64,000 bases of DNA from the human T2T-CHM13v2.0 reference genome, Homo sapiens. How positions within the stretch are numbered: position 1 is the first letter of the stretch; every line of letters begins with the position of its first letter. This document shows, piece after piece, positions 38,888 through 63,037 of the stretch. Below the pieces are notes generated by a model. It saw nothing but the letters and a program-made list of their open reading frames with translations, ran no database searches and was not told the origin of the DNA. A program made the translations under genes and the position numbers. Location of the stretch: NCBI RefSeq assembly GCF_009914755.1, contig NC_060933.1. One strand, given 5' to 3'.

Positions 38888-40573
38888 CTGTAGGGGAGGA
38901 AAGGGAGTAATTCCTTTCTGGCCCATCATAAAGGTCATGGCCAACACCCCTGTAACAAAGACAGGTTGACTAGAGAAAAGCATAGCAAATTTATTCGATC
39001 AAAGCTTTATGTGTCATGGGAGCCTTCAGAATGAAGACCCAAAAAATGCAGAAAAAATTATCCGTTTTTATGCTTAGGATTAGTGAAGTGTGGACAGCTG
39101 TATAGAAATAGGATTGGACAAAATGGGTATGATCTAACGCTAATAGACTGAGTGAGGAAACTCAGCAACACCTACCTCTCCAGATTTCTCTTGGCCTCTC
39201 TGTGCAGCATTCCTTCCTCCTGGGTATTGGGTAGGACCCCTATGGAATGAGAGTCTTAATTTCTTTATGGCCAGCTGTTAGAAAGCTGGGAGTTTGCAGG
39301 AAGTTTCTGTATAATCACAGCTTATATGTACCCATATGCTTGTGAAGTTATATTATCTTTTAATAGAGATATGAAAAACTCAAAATGTTCTTCCTACTGC
39401 CGTACCACACAGTACAATACTTGTGACATCAGACATGTAAGGGTTGTTGCCCCATACACCAGATACTTCTTCAGTGGACACCAGCTGCATGTCCTCTTAT
39501 TCAGTTCAATTCTGACACTGTCTGCCTGAAGATAGCATCAGATCCCACAGGTTAAGGACTCAGTCCCACAAGAGTGCCACCAACTTCAGATGCCCATTAC
39601 AAGTAGTAGATTGCCACCTATACTTCTGACCACCAAGCTATAAATTGGGACTCCCACTGCCCCCTCCTTGGGTTCAATTAATTTGCTTGAGTGGGTCACA
39701 GAACTCAGAGAAATACTACTTACATTTTCCCATTTATTATAAAGGATATTACAAAATAAACAGCCAGAGGAAGAGTTGCATAGGGCAAGGTACGTGGAAA
39801 GGGGTATGAAGTTTTCATGCTCTCGCCAGCATGCCATCTTCCAGACACCTCCACATGTTCAGCTAATTGGAAGTTCTCTGGACCCTGTCCTTTTGGGGTT
39901 TTATGGAGGCTTACTTATGTAGGCGTGATTGCTCACATCATTGGCTACTGGTTATCAAATCAATTTTAGCTGCTCTCCCCTCCTTAAAGGTTGTGGGGTT
40001 GGGCTTAAAGTCCCAACCCTCTAAACATGCCTTAGTCTTTCTGGTGACTGGCCCCCATCCCAAAGCTGTCTGGGTGTCACCAGTCATCTTATTAGTAAAC
40101 GAAAGACACTCTTATCACTGTGGAGAACCCAAAGGTTTTAAGAGCTATGTGATAGGAAACAGGAGGAACATCAAATATATAGGTTAAAAGAGAAATTATC
40201 AACACATTAAATTTAACAGTTTAATTGAACAAAGAATAGTTCACAAATTGGGCAGCCCTCAGAACCAGAAGAGATTCAGAGAGATCCATTCTGCAATGTA
40301 GGCAGGCAGCATTTATGGATAGAAAAGGGAAGTGAGGTACAGAAATAGCTTGATTGGTTATAGCTCTGTGTTTACCTTATTTGAACATGGTACGATCACT
40401 TGACTGCCTGTGATTGAAGCTCAGCTGCTATGATTGGCTGAGACTCAGCTATTACAAAAACATACTCCTAAGTTAGGCTTTCAGTTAGTTTACCTTCTAA
40501 GTTAGGTTGCAGTTCATTATGTAGAGACTTAAAGTACAGAGGCACTTTCAGGCAAAATTTAGTTTAATTTAAC
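38888..40573. mobile_element. LTR cluster: MER21-like (about 38888-40180) plus an adjacent ERV1-type LTR (about 40180-40573)
   Basis: MER21-like internal motifs; AT-rich ...tttaatttaaca terminus. Confidence 0.65.
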
Positions 40574-40576
40574 ATA

Positions 40577-42042
<1,466 letters not shown>

Positions 42043-42636
42043 TATGTATTTCACAATATCACATATATGAAGATGTTTGTCATTCCACTATCCCTTTCTA
42101 ATATCAATTTATATAGCATTAAGACTTGAGCTACTCTAAATCCTTGGATTAAAAACTACTTTAACCTAATATCTTATTTCATTAAATTTTTTTTCTAAAA
42201 AATAATTTCTGTTTTCACATTTTCAGCAGTGACTATAGGGGAAATTAAGGTACTAAGCAAAGATAGCATCATTATTAATGTAGCCTTGCTCGAGATCTAT
42301 ACATCTTATAATATTTTTTGTCCAAAAGTTTGTAAAGTTTATAATTTTTGTACTGTTTTTAGACTAAATGTACTTATAAGAACAACTGTGTATCATGAAA
42401 ATCATTTTTGCATACACCTAACCTTGCAAATGTAGGACTCTTGATGTTAAGGACTAGTATTGCTCATGCAGACATTTTTTGTTGAGATACTAACTAGTAC
42501 ATTTTACATTTTATGTTATTTATGATTAACTCATTCAATAAATGTTAATTATTTACCATTTGCTAGGCTCTGTTCGAGGCCTACAGTGTGCTATATACTG
42601 TACGCACACTGTAGGCACAGCACACTGTATGCCTAG

Positions 42637-42950
<314 letters not shown>

Positions 42951-43779
42951 GAGGATGTAATTTTTAAGGACTAATCAAGTCACAGTGCTAAACCATTCTG
43001 AGCCTTAATGGTCATGAACTTTACCTTTCTTTCATATAGGAAAAGAAATATTTTTATATGAAAACATTTAAAGGAATTTGACCAAGGTCTCTTTCATTAA
43101 CAAATGCTTTAGTTCCTTCTGGAAGATCTATACTTCAATAAAATTGATTTTGTAAATAAGAATAGTAGACACTGAAGTTTGAAGTGATCAGATGTTTTTC
43201 ATATAGCATGAGACAAATATGAATGGATTTCAGAAACGATATTTAACAAAAAAGGCAGATTTAAAAGATATTTTATGGTTTCATTTCTCTAAAGTTCAAA
43301 AATAGTTCAAAAATCTCTGGTGTTGGAAGTCAGGATGGTGATTCCCCATGTGTGGGAGTTAGTGACTGGAAGGGGGCATGAGACGACTTCTGGGATTCTG
43401 GAAATATTCTGTTTCTTTACCTGGATGCTGATTACATAGCTTGTGTTCACTGCATAGAAATTCATGAAGCTATATACACTTATGATTTATGTACTTTATG
43501 TATGATACATTGCAATAAAAAATATGCATACAGAGAGAGAGAGAGAGCACATGCATGAAAGAGCACACTGTTGAAAGTATGGTTTTTAAACAGGGTGAAT
43601 TCTAGTTATAAGATGTTAGATGTATTCATGACCTAGACACCATGGAGCTGCTGGGAATTCAGAGATTACTTCTCCACTTGTGGTTGTTACATTCTGAGCA
43701 AGCAAAAGATATATAGTAGGTATATTCAGTGTAATAAACAGGGAGGATTCATTCTGTAGGAAGAAAGTAGATTTCTGGA

Positions 43780-46080
<2,301 letters not shown>

Positions 46081-46433
46081 ATTCCAGCTTCCTGCATTCT
46101 AGGACCCCGTTATGTGGGTAAAAGGGGCCTTGGGACTAGTTTGGTTCAATAAACAGAACAGGAATGACAACACTTCCAGCTGGAGCATGTGTCAATTCTA
46201 TCCCCTCTGGAGATCCCTTTTCTCTCTGGCAAGGTCATCAGTGATGTTTGATACAGTGTCTGCTCCATCAGCTTGGAGTAGTATGGGTCCTAGCATTTAT
46301 GGCCTCTGAGTTTATAACTTTATAGACCTGAAGGTTCTAGAAAGAATAGTTTTGATAACTCTTAAAAATTAATCTTGTTGAATATACTGAAAACTCTTAC
46401 AGGTTTTGATGAACACCTGGCTTTATTCTTGCA

Positions 46434-46650
46434 ATGAAGAAAGGTTCTCAACAAAAAATATTCTCCAAAGCAAAGATACCATCATCATCTCACTCTCCTA
46501 TCCCATCATCTATGTCCAATATGAGATCTAGGTCACTTTCACCTTTGATTGGATCAGAGACTCTACCTTTTCATTCTGGAGGACAGTGGTGTGAGCAAGT
46601 TGAGATTGCAGATGAAAACAATATGCTTTTGGACTATCAAGACCATAAAG
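46434..46650 (+). CDS. CNTRL: Centriolin first coding exon (exon starts 46403; MKKGSQQKIFSKAKIPSSSHSPIPSS...DYQDHK)
   Basis: cttacag| acceptor at 46402, ATG 46434, AAG|gtatca donor; ORF 46434..46664 matches the centriolin N-terminus. Confidence 0.95.
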
Positions 46651-47158
46651 GTATCACTTTTTAATCTAAGAATTGGTCTGACCACATACTTCAAGTAGAG
46701 ATGGAAAATTTTCGGCTTGCATTTTTGGTCCAACTGTAACATTCTGGTACTAATTTGATCTATTGTTTTTATTAACAGAAATTAAGGACTGTAAGGACAG
46801 TTGGAGGATTGAGGTTTCTGGGTGAGGGTAAAGATGTCAGTGGATTCAAAGAGGGAGTTTTCAGAAAGAGGAAGCTTTGTTTCCTGTGGTAGGAGAGTGT
46901 CTTAAAACTCATCCCAAAACTTGCCATCCTCTTTGGTTAAGGGGAGGGAAGATCTGTTCACTTCAGAGTGGAGCGCCTTAATTCAGTAAAAAAACGTTAT
47001 ACATACTTGGCCTATGCCAGTCTTCTTATTAGCAAACTGCTTATCTGTGAATGGACTGATTTCCACATATGGGACATGTATGTATGTTCCACTAGTGTTT
47101 TAGTTTTTTCTTAAAATCATCTGTTAGTCTAGGAATCTGTTCTCAAAAGTGCATTGTT

Positions 47159-47190
47159 GGGGGTATAGCTTAGTGGTAGAGCATTTAACT
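47159..47190 (+). pseudogene. Tailless retrocopy of a tRNA-Cys(GCA) 5' half
   Basis: GGGGGTATAGCTTAGTGGTAGAGCATTTAACT versus tRNA-Cys GGGGGTATAGCTCAGTGGTAGAGCATTTGACT (2 mismatches); stops just before the anticodon; degenerate flanking direct repeat. Confidence 0.85.
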
Positions 47191-48381
47191 TCAAAAGTAA
47201 GTTATTCTTTGGTAAGTCATGAAATAATAGCCATTAAACTCTAATCAGGTTTTATTAGCATTAACAACACTGAGTTTATACTATATCTTTGCTGCAAGTT
47301 GGCATATTGTTATTTCTAATTTGATTAATATTTTAGAATGTTATCAAATTTAGAATATTAATCAATTTTCTTTCCAAGAACAAGCCAAGTTAAATTTAAA
47401 TATCTTTTTATTTTGCACCAAAATAAATTTAATACTAACTTGTAAATAATCTTAGAGAATCTTTGGCTCACAGCCTGGATCTCAACCCAGGATTAATTTT
47501 TTCTGACTCGTAAGGCAGGAACCAAGAGGTGATTTACTTTTTAGGGCTACTTTTGTAAAATGTAATGTGGCATTAACAGTCTTTGACAACAATATCCAGG
47601 AAAGTTATAAGACCAGATTTGCCATCCATCAAGTGACTGCTCTAGCTCTATAAAATATGTTGTGATTTTCTCTATTTAAAAGTGCAACAAATTTAGAGTT
47701 TCTTACCATAAAAAAATAGGAAAAGAGGATTTTTAAGAATTTCAGTGTTTCTGAACTTTAGATTGGAATTTTCTAAAAAAACAAACAACTAAGTATTACC
47801 AGTTTATTTTTAAAAACTAACACGAAAATATTGCTGAAAACTTCATATAGTTAAAAGTGCAAGTTTTATATTCCTCTGACTGGATTCAAGTTCTGGATTT
47901 GTGCCTTAATTAGCTGTAGGATCTTGAGCAAATGATTTTTTTTAGTAAGTGATGATATTAATAATTTCTATCTCAAAGGTTTGTTGTATAAATTAAATTT
48001 TAAAAATGTAAACCACTTAGCCCAAAGCTTGGCACACACCAAATATTTATAGTGTGTATAACCATTATCATCTTTGTATCATTATAGTTACTACATTACA
48101 ATACGTTATAGTATTACAATACATTAATTGTAATATACAATACATTATAGTTATTACATTATAATACATTATAGTATTACAATCATTACATCATTATTTC
48201 ATTATAATTATGAAATGCTATGAAGTAAAATATTATTAAAACATTATGATTAGAAATAGCCAGCTTTTTTGGTATATTCATGGCTTAATTTTTGTTTTTG
48301 TTACATAACATCAAAACAACTTGTTCTTTGTGATATTCATGTCTTTCCTCTACTGATGATGATCTGTTTCTATAATTTCAG

Positions 48382-48512
48382 GAGCTGATTCACATGCAGG
48401 AGTTAGATATATTACAGAGGCCCTCATTAAAAAACTTACTAAACAGGATAATTTGGCTTTGATAAAATCTCTGAACCTTTCACTTTCTAAAGACGGTGGC
48501 AAGAAATTTAAG
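48382..48512 (+). CDS. CNTRL: Centriolin coding exon (GADSHAGVRYITEALIKKLTKQDNLALIKSLNLSLSKDGGKKFK)
   Basis: tttcag| acceptor, AAG|gtaggt donor, 131 nt, frame continuous with the previous exon. Confidence 0.95.
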
Positions 48513-48717
48513 GTAGGTTACCAACAATTTCTGAGCATAGATACTGTTTTTAACTTTTCTGTGCTTTAATACTGCGAAAAAAAATTATCCTAATGTCACC
48601 TAATTTGTGGCAGACCTTTTATTGTTTCCAGTGAATGTTCTAAATCAGAAGTATATGACATTTCCAAATTAATAAGTTTCTATTACTCAATATTCTTACA
48701 ACATTGACTCTGTAGAG

Positions 48718-49297
48718 AAGGGGTTGGCAAAGTACAGCTTACAGGCCAGATCAGGCCAGCTATCTATTTTTGTAAGTAAAGTTTTATTGGAACACAGTCA
48801 CCCTTATTTGTTTACATATTGTCTGTGGTTGTTTTTGCACTACAGTAGCAGAGCTTAGTAGTTGCCACAGACTATATGGCCCGCAAAGCCAAAAACATTT
48901 ACTATTTGGCCTTTGTATTCGTTCATTTTCATGCTGCTGATAAAGACATACCCAAGACTGGGCAATTTACAAAAGAAAGAGGTTTAATTGGACTTACAGT
49001 TTCACGTGGCTGGGGAAGCCTCACAATCGTGGTGGAAGGCAAAGAGGAGCAAGTCACGTCTTACATGGATGGCAGCAGGCCTAAAGAGAGCTTGTGAAGG
49101 AAAACTCCCCCTTATAATAACCACCAGATCTTGTGAGACTTACTATCACGAGAACAGTAGGGGAAGGACCTGCCCCCATGATTCAATTATCTCCCACTGG
49201 GTCCCTCCCACAACACATGGGAATTCAAGATGAGATTTGGGTGGGGACACAGCTAAACCATATCAGCCTTTTACAGAAAATGTTTGCTAATTCCTGC
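48718..49297. mobile_element. MER58A MITE split by a THE1 LTR (48914-49265, antisense, TSD GCCTT)
   Basis: ggggttggcaaa...tttactatttggcctt | tgtattcgttcattttcatgctgctgataaagac...aaaccatatca | gccttttacagaaaatgtttgc. Confidence 0.88.
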
Positions 49298-49654
49298 TCT
49301 AGAGTGTTTACAGCTTCATTCATAAACTATACAACATGAACACATTATAATAGACAACTTAATTCCTTTAATTGGAAGAAAAAAACCTTAGATTTCTACC
49401 ACGTATTATTCACAAAAAGTATTTCCAGAAGGGTGAAGAACTAAATGAAAACAAAGCAAAATGAAAACACCAAGTAACAGAAATGCTATAAAAGTATTAG
49501 AGAGAGTATATGAGAATATTTTTAAAATCTTAGAGTGGTGAAGGTCCCCCTAAGCAAATACTAACCCTAGTACCACAAAGGAAAAATATTGACAGATTTA
49601 GCCTGCATAAGACTTAAACATTGTGTTTAATGAAAGATGTATTTTAATAAGTTA

Positions 49655-49932
<278 letters not shown>

Positions 49933-50021
49933 CTAGATGTTCATACAGCTGGCTTCTTGTTGTTAAGGTCTCAACTTAGTGAGGTCTTCTCTTTTTTTTT
50001 TTTTTTTTTTTTGAGACAGGG

Positions 50022-50532
50022 TCTCACTCTGTCATCTAGGCCGATGCCCTCTCTTACCACCCAATCACAATTAGTCACCCTCTCCTCAGTCGCACTCTCA
50101 TTCTTTTAGTCAACAAGTATTTATTTAGCACCAGGCAGTAATGCTAGAGTAGTGAAACACAACGGGCAAAATATATATATTTATATATAAATATAAATAT
50201 ATACATATTTTATAGATTTTTATAGCAAACATGTATTGCTTATATATTTATATATGCTTATATATAAATATATACATATTTTATAGATTTTATAGCAAAC
50301 AAGATCTTCAGAAAATAAACAGTGCTAAAAAGGAAATAAAGACATCTTGTGACAGAATGCAAGGCACCAACAGGGCAGATTTTGCCCATTGTGTTCACTA
50401 CTCTAGCATTACTGCCTGGTGCTAAATAAATACTTACTTGTTGACTAAAAGAATGAGAGTGCGACTGAGGAGAGGGTGACTAATTGTGATTGGGTGGTAA
50501 GAGAAGGCATCAGCCTAGATGACAGAGTGAGA
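50022..50532. repeat. Long inverted repeat: arms 50022-50172 and 50379-50532
   Basis: Right arm is the reverse complement of the left with only a few substitutions and small indels. Confidence 0.95.
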
Positions 50533-51134
<602 letters not shown>

Positions 51135-51332
51135 ATATATTTATTTGTTTATTGTCTGTTTCTGTGATTGAGAACAAGAACTTTGTTTTCTTTATTCACT
51201 ACTTTGTTTCCAGTACCTAGAACAGCTCCTGGCCCATAATCCATGTTTGATAAATATTTGTGGAATGGGTGAATGAATTATAATCTTGGAGAGAACCATT
51301 TGATGTGGTAGAAGATATATTGCCTTACCAAT

Positions 51333-51557
51333 ACAGGTTGAGCATCCCAAATCCAAAAATCTGCAATGCTCCAAAATCCAAAACTTTTTGAGCACTGACC
51401 TGATGCTCAAGGAAAATGCTCATTTGAGCATTTTTGGGTTTTGGATTTTTTGATTTGTGTTGCTTAACCAGTAAGTATAATGCAAATATTTCAAAACAAA
51501 TCTGAAATCTGAAACTCTTTAGGTCCCAAGCATTTTGAATAAGGTATAGTCAACCTG
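51333..51557. mobile_element. Tigger4a/Zombi MITE
   Basis: ta|caggttgagcatccc...tcaacctg|ta TIRs. Confidence 0.85.
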
Positions 51558-51899
51558 TAGAATAGGAATGAATGGAAGACAGAATGAACAAATGTAGACA
51601 ATTCGTGTGAGAACATTGGTGGTAGATAAGGAAGATAAGATGATAGCTTCATAGTAAAACAAGTTTAGTCCTAGGTGATTTATATAGAAGAAATCTGAAC
51701 ATATTGAATATAAACTCTGGGCAGCAGGGAAGAATTATCTAGTTCACGCCATATTCCCATTACCTGGTGCAATGCCTCATATGTAGTAAGTGTGTAATGA
51801 ATATATGTTGGAAAATGACTGCTTTTAAACTTGAGGGGAAGATCCAGGAGGGAGAAAGAGGTTGAATTTGCAAGGGCATTGGGGGAGGAGGTGAGATCA

Positions 51900-52580
<681 letters not shown>

Positions 52581-52915
52581 TATCTTTTGGAAGAAAGGAG
52601 GGGAATGAGAGGGAGAGGTATGGCAAAAGTGAGGTAGAGGGAATGACAGTGAGGGAAATCTTGTTGGATAGTCTTGAGCTTCTTAGTATATAGACAATGT
52701 TGTTGTCAACTGAAGGGCAAAGAGAGTTTGGTAGCTTGAGTAGAGTTATTACTCCTAGTCAAGGAGAGCTGCATCAAGGGATTCTCCAGGAGAGCAGTAA
52801 GGGTATATTATTTTCTGATGACTGATCAAACAGACCCTGATGCACATAAGTAAATGTTGTACTTTATGTCAAGTCATCTGTTGTGTAAAGTATTCATTCA
52901 TTTGTTTCCAATTAG

Positions 52916-53046
52916 TATATTGAGAATTTGGAAAAATGTGTTAAACTTGAAGTACTGAATCTCAGCTATAATCTAATAGGGAAGATTGAAAAGTTGGACA
53001 AGCTGTTAAAATTACGTGAACTCAACTTATCATATAACAAAATCAG
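52916..53046 (+). CDS. CNTRL: Centriolin LRR exon (YIENLEKCVKLEVLNLSYNLIGKIEKLDKLLKLRELNLSYNKIS)
   Basis: attag| acceptor, CAG|gtgagt donor, 131 nt; SDS22-like LxxLxLxxNxI repeats. Confidence 0.96.
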
Positions 53047-54449
53047 GTGAGTTATATAACAAAATCTTTAGGCAGCATTGCAGATAGCTTTGTTAGAGAG
53101 GTAGATTAATGTTATCCACATTACTGAAAGAATGATTTGACAGAAACAGAAGATATTTTTATCTTTATTCATCAATCAAATGAATGTCTGTCTCTTCACA
53201 TATGGTAGGTAACTGTCTTTATGTTTTGGCATTACTGAAGTACAGAATAACATCTAGCATTATCAAAGAGATATATTTTTGAGCACCAAATTGTATCTTA
53301 ATTTCATTTCTGACAGGAAGTTTTCCCAGATATTGTCTGTGATTTATTACCTTATTACATTAAGAATGTTGACATGAAGCAGAATGTTTTAACCCTGCCA
53401 TTTTGACCCCCAAGATGTTCTAATCTGTTTTGATTCTGATGTTCTTTGCTTATTGCTACAAGAAATATGCTCTCAATCCTGTTTCCAATTCATAATATAT
53501 ATTACTGTGAGAAATAAACATACTAAAACTGACACTGGCTAAAACTTCATATAGAAAACTTGTTATAGACAAAATGATACAAGAATCAAATCTTGAAATT
53601 CTTAATATCTGCATGCTTTTCCCCCAAGTTAGACTTGGTAAATATGATGGCCAAGAAAATGACTAGCAATGGCAGAAGTTCTGATATGACAAAACTGAAA
53701 TGAAAAAAAATGATTAATGAACCAAACCCTTATTATAAAATTTGTATAAAAAGTTGACTCTGATGAAAATATTTTCAGCAAAATAAAATTGAAAGTAGAG
53801 AAGCTTAGAAATATTTACCCAGTGTAGATAGAGGCTTTGAAGTATTTGTGCAGTATAGAAAATTGACCAAAGAATTAAATTGACAAATAAATTAGAAGTG
53901 ACTTGGGAAAAACCTTCATCAATCAGAATTCATTAATATGTGTGATAAATGCTTTATTTAAAAGTTCTGGTTAAATTACTTATATTCCTAAATACAGTAT
54001 CATCTATGGGCTCCCATATCCTGCTGGCATAGCTAATCTTTTTATGATAACTTAAGACAATAATTAGGAACATCTTTTGGACAGGAATGTAGCAGATAGG
54101 ACAGGGTGCTATTGAGTTTCCCAGGTCTCCACTGGCTGTTTGCTAGTACTGTTCACAGTAGTCGGTGAGAATGCCATGGTCACATTTTTCTTTTCTATGT
54201 TATGGAGTTGCAAAGTCTAATAATAAGATTGATAGGATTCCTGGGCATAGTAATAAAAAGTTGGCAGTTTAGCTGTTCTGGTAAATTTGGCTTTAGCCAC
54301 TTTTCTTTGTTCTCATTTATGAAAAGAGTTGATAAATTATCATTATGAAAAGTAATCTAACATGGAGCTAAAGCTGTTTATTCTAAAAATACAATGGAGA
54401 GACTCTATAATTGTACTCACTAAATTTTATTTTATCCTTTGCTTTCCAG

Positions 54450-54591
54450 CAAAATTGAAGGCATAGAAAATATGTGTAATCTGCAAAAGCTTAACCTTGC
54501 AGGAAATGAAATTGAGCATATTCCAGTATGGTTAGGGAAGAAGTTAAAATCTTTGCGAGTCCTCAATTTGAAAGGCAACAAGATATCATCG
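54450..54591 (+). CDS. CNTRL: Centriolin LRR exon (KIEGIENMCNLQKLNLAGNEIEHIPVWLGKKLKSLRVLNLKGNKISS)
   Basis: tttccag| acceptor, TCG|gtaagt donor, 142 nt; LRR consensus. Confidence 0.96.
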
Positions 54592-56413
54592 GTAAGTTAT
54601 TCAAAATAGCAGGAATTTTTAGACTTGTTAAAAAATAAAAGATTAAAAATATCTAAGTTTTTTAAAAATGGGATTTCTTCTTTTAAAGATTTTGCTCCTT
54701 TGACTAAACACTAGATTCAGACATAGCCCATGATTTTCTAGATTAATTAAATACAAGCAGTCCTCATTTTGCATGGGTTCCTAGGTCAACCTAGGGTTGA
54801 CCTCTTAGCATTTTTACATTTATCATTTCATGTAAGCCTCATAACATTCTTGTTAAGAAGGCAGTACAAGGATTATTTTTGTAACACTATGAGTTAGGTA
54901 GTAGCAAGTAAGGTCTAGGACAGGTTAAGTCCCTTATCTAGAGTCACATTTTGTGCCAGGATCCAGATCACTGAATGCCTAGAAGAAAGTTCTGGGTTTT
55001 TTTTTTTTTGACAGTATTAACTTCCAATTTCAAATTTACCAGTTTATTTTGATTATAATGTTAGGTGTTATAGGAGGTTGATCACTAGCTTTTCATAATA
55101 GAGCAACTTTGTTATGATTTACATATTTGGATGATGTTGTATATTTTTCTCTGGAATATAGTTTATGATTTTCTTATGGTATTTATTCACAGCTAGGTAT
55201 TTAATAAGCATTTGCTTAGTAAATTTGTTAATTTATTTAAATTTGTATTAAAATTGGGAAAATTGTGCCATAATTTAATGAACATCAGTTGTAGAATAGA
55301 AAATGAAAGATGTGACTTCAAAGATGGGCCTCTATAGAATTGCCTTCCATGACCTTGGAGAATTCTTTAATCCCTCTAAAACCACTGTTTGGGGAAAACA
55401 ATCCCTATACTGCCTCCTTTACAGGGGTATTATGGGGGCTCAGATGAAATGATAGATGTGAAAATGCTTTAAAAAAAACTTTAAAACACTAAATAAGTCT
55501 AAAGCTATATTCTTTAAGCCTTCACCAGTGGAGGCCAATAATAATAAGCAATATTCATTTAATGCCATGTTGTTAACAATACCTATGCTTTCTAATTTCA
55601 TCCTGTGACAGTCAAGAGCCTCAGAGCCCAAGCCCAACCCCATGTTGTACAGCATCACCTTGGGGCTGTTGATGCTATGGGATGATGGGAAGAGGTAGCC
55701 ATAGATCTAAAATTTGCCATAAATATTCCTGAAGTAGTTGATCCTTAGATAGTGTCAACTTAGTGTCAGCTGTGCAATAGGAAAATCAATAAATATTTAT
55801 TTCTAATTTTGTATGATGTCCTCACCCCATTGATATTTGACATTGGCATTATGAAGAGTGCTGCACATTCACTTGGGAGAGAAGATTTATTTGTACTAGC
55901 TATTTGGAGTACTGTTTCTCAGCCTTTTTAGGTTGAGAATAAACTATCTGAATAAACTGTCAATTATAGCACAGTTATCTGAAGATTTACCAAAATATTT
56001 TTTATAACTATTCATTTTTTTGATTTGTTAAATCAGTATAATGAAAAGACAAAGTTGAGAGTTACACAAACTTGAATTCAAATCCTGTTTCATTCACTTA
56101 CAAGGCTTTGAGCTTTGGGCAAGTCGCCTAACTTCTTTGATCCTGAATTTCTTCATCTGTAAAATTAAGATGATACTTACATGATAAGTTGTTGTGAGGA
56201 GTCACAAATGAAATAGTGTATGGAAAATACCTAATACTGCCCAAATACACTATAAATACTCATATACTCCCTTTCCTGACACCACTACTTTTGGGTAATT
56301 GGCTTCATGAATAGATTCCTTGCCATGTTAAATTTCCTTGATTTGTAACTTCCTTTAAGTATGTTATGATTTTTAAATTAAATTATACCAATACTAATGT
56401 TATATCATTTCAG

Positions 56414-56600
56414 CTCCAAGATATAAGCAAGTTGAAACCGCTTCAAGATTTGATTTCTCTGATCCTAGTTGAAAATCCAGTTGTGACCCTTCCTCATTAC
56501 CTCCAGTTTACCATTTTCCACCTCCGTTCATTGGAAAGTTTGGAAGGTCAGCCAGTAACCACTCAGGATAGACAGGAGGCTTTTGAGAGATTCAGTTTAG
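56414..56600 (+). CDS. CNTRL: Centriolin LRR/LRRcap exon (LQDISKLKPLQDLISLILVENPVVTLPHYLQFTIFHLRSLESLEGQPVTTQDRQEAFERFSL); gene continues beyond the window
   Basis: tttcag| acceptor, TAG|gtaaga donor, 187 nt; within ORF 56366..56623. Confidence 0.96.
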
Positions 56601-57057
56601 GTAAGATTAAATTTAAAAAATAATAAATTTGGGTGAGGGAGGAATTTATTTTCAGAAGTTATCTAGAAATATGTATCATGAACTTTATAATGCTATTAAA
56701 ATGTACATGGGAAATGGCAGCATAAATCAATTCAACAAATATTTACTGAGTGTGTACTGTGCACCAGGCAACTGGATTTGGCACTAAGGATACAATGGGA
56801 AGGAAGACATATGGTGCTGCTGTCCATGCAGCTTATGTTTTGGCAGAGAAGACAGACAAAAAAAAAAACAAAAACAAAGTAACAGGGGAACCCTCTTTGT
56901 GGCATAGAGGAATGGCTTTCTGAGGGAGTGACATTTAACCCGAAAGCAAAGAGAAGAGAGGGTTAGCCATGTGAAGAATGGCAGTAAGGGGAGGGAGCAG
57001 CTTGTTCTTTGAGGCTCAAAAGACCCTGTGAGTTTAAGGAAGTGAAAGAAGATTAGA

Positions 57058-62600
<5,543 letters not shown>

Positions 62601-62662
62601 AAGAAAATCAGATAGACTGGAGGACAGCTCAATAAAAAGTGTGTAGACATAAGTAGGTGTGA

Positions 62663-63037
<375 letters not shown>

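Noticed and set aside
48060-48245. Repetitive tacattatagt(t)attac block before a CNTRL exon
   Set aside because: Degenerate AT-rich low-complexity sequence with no further structure
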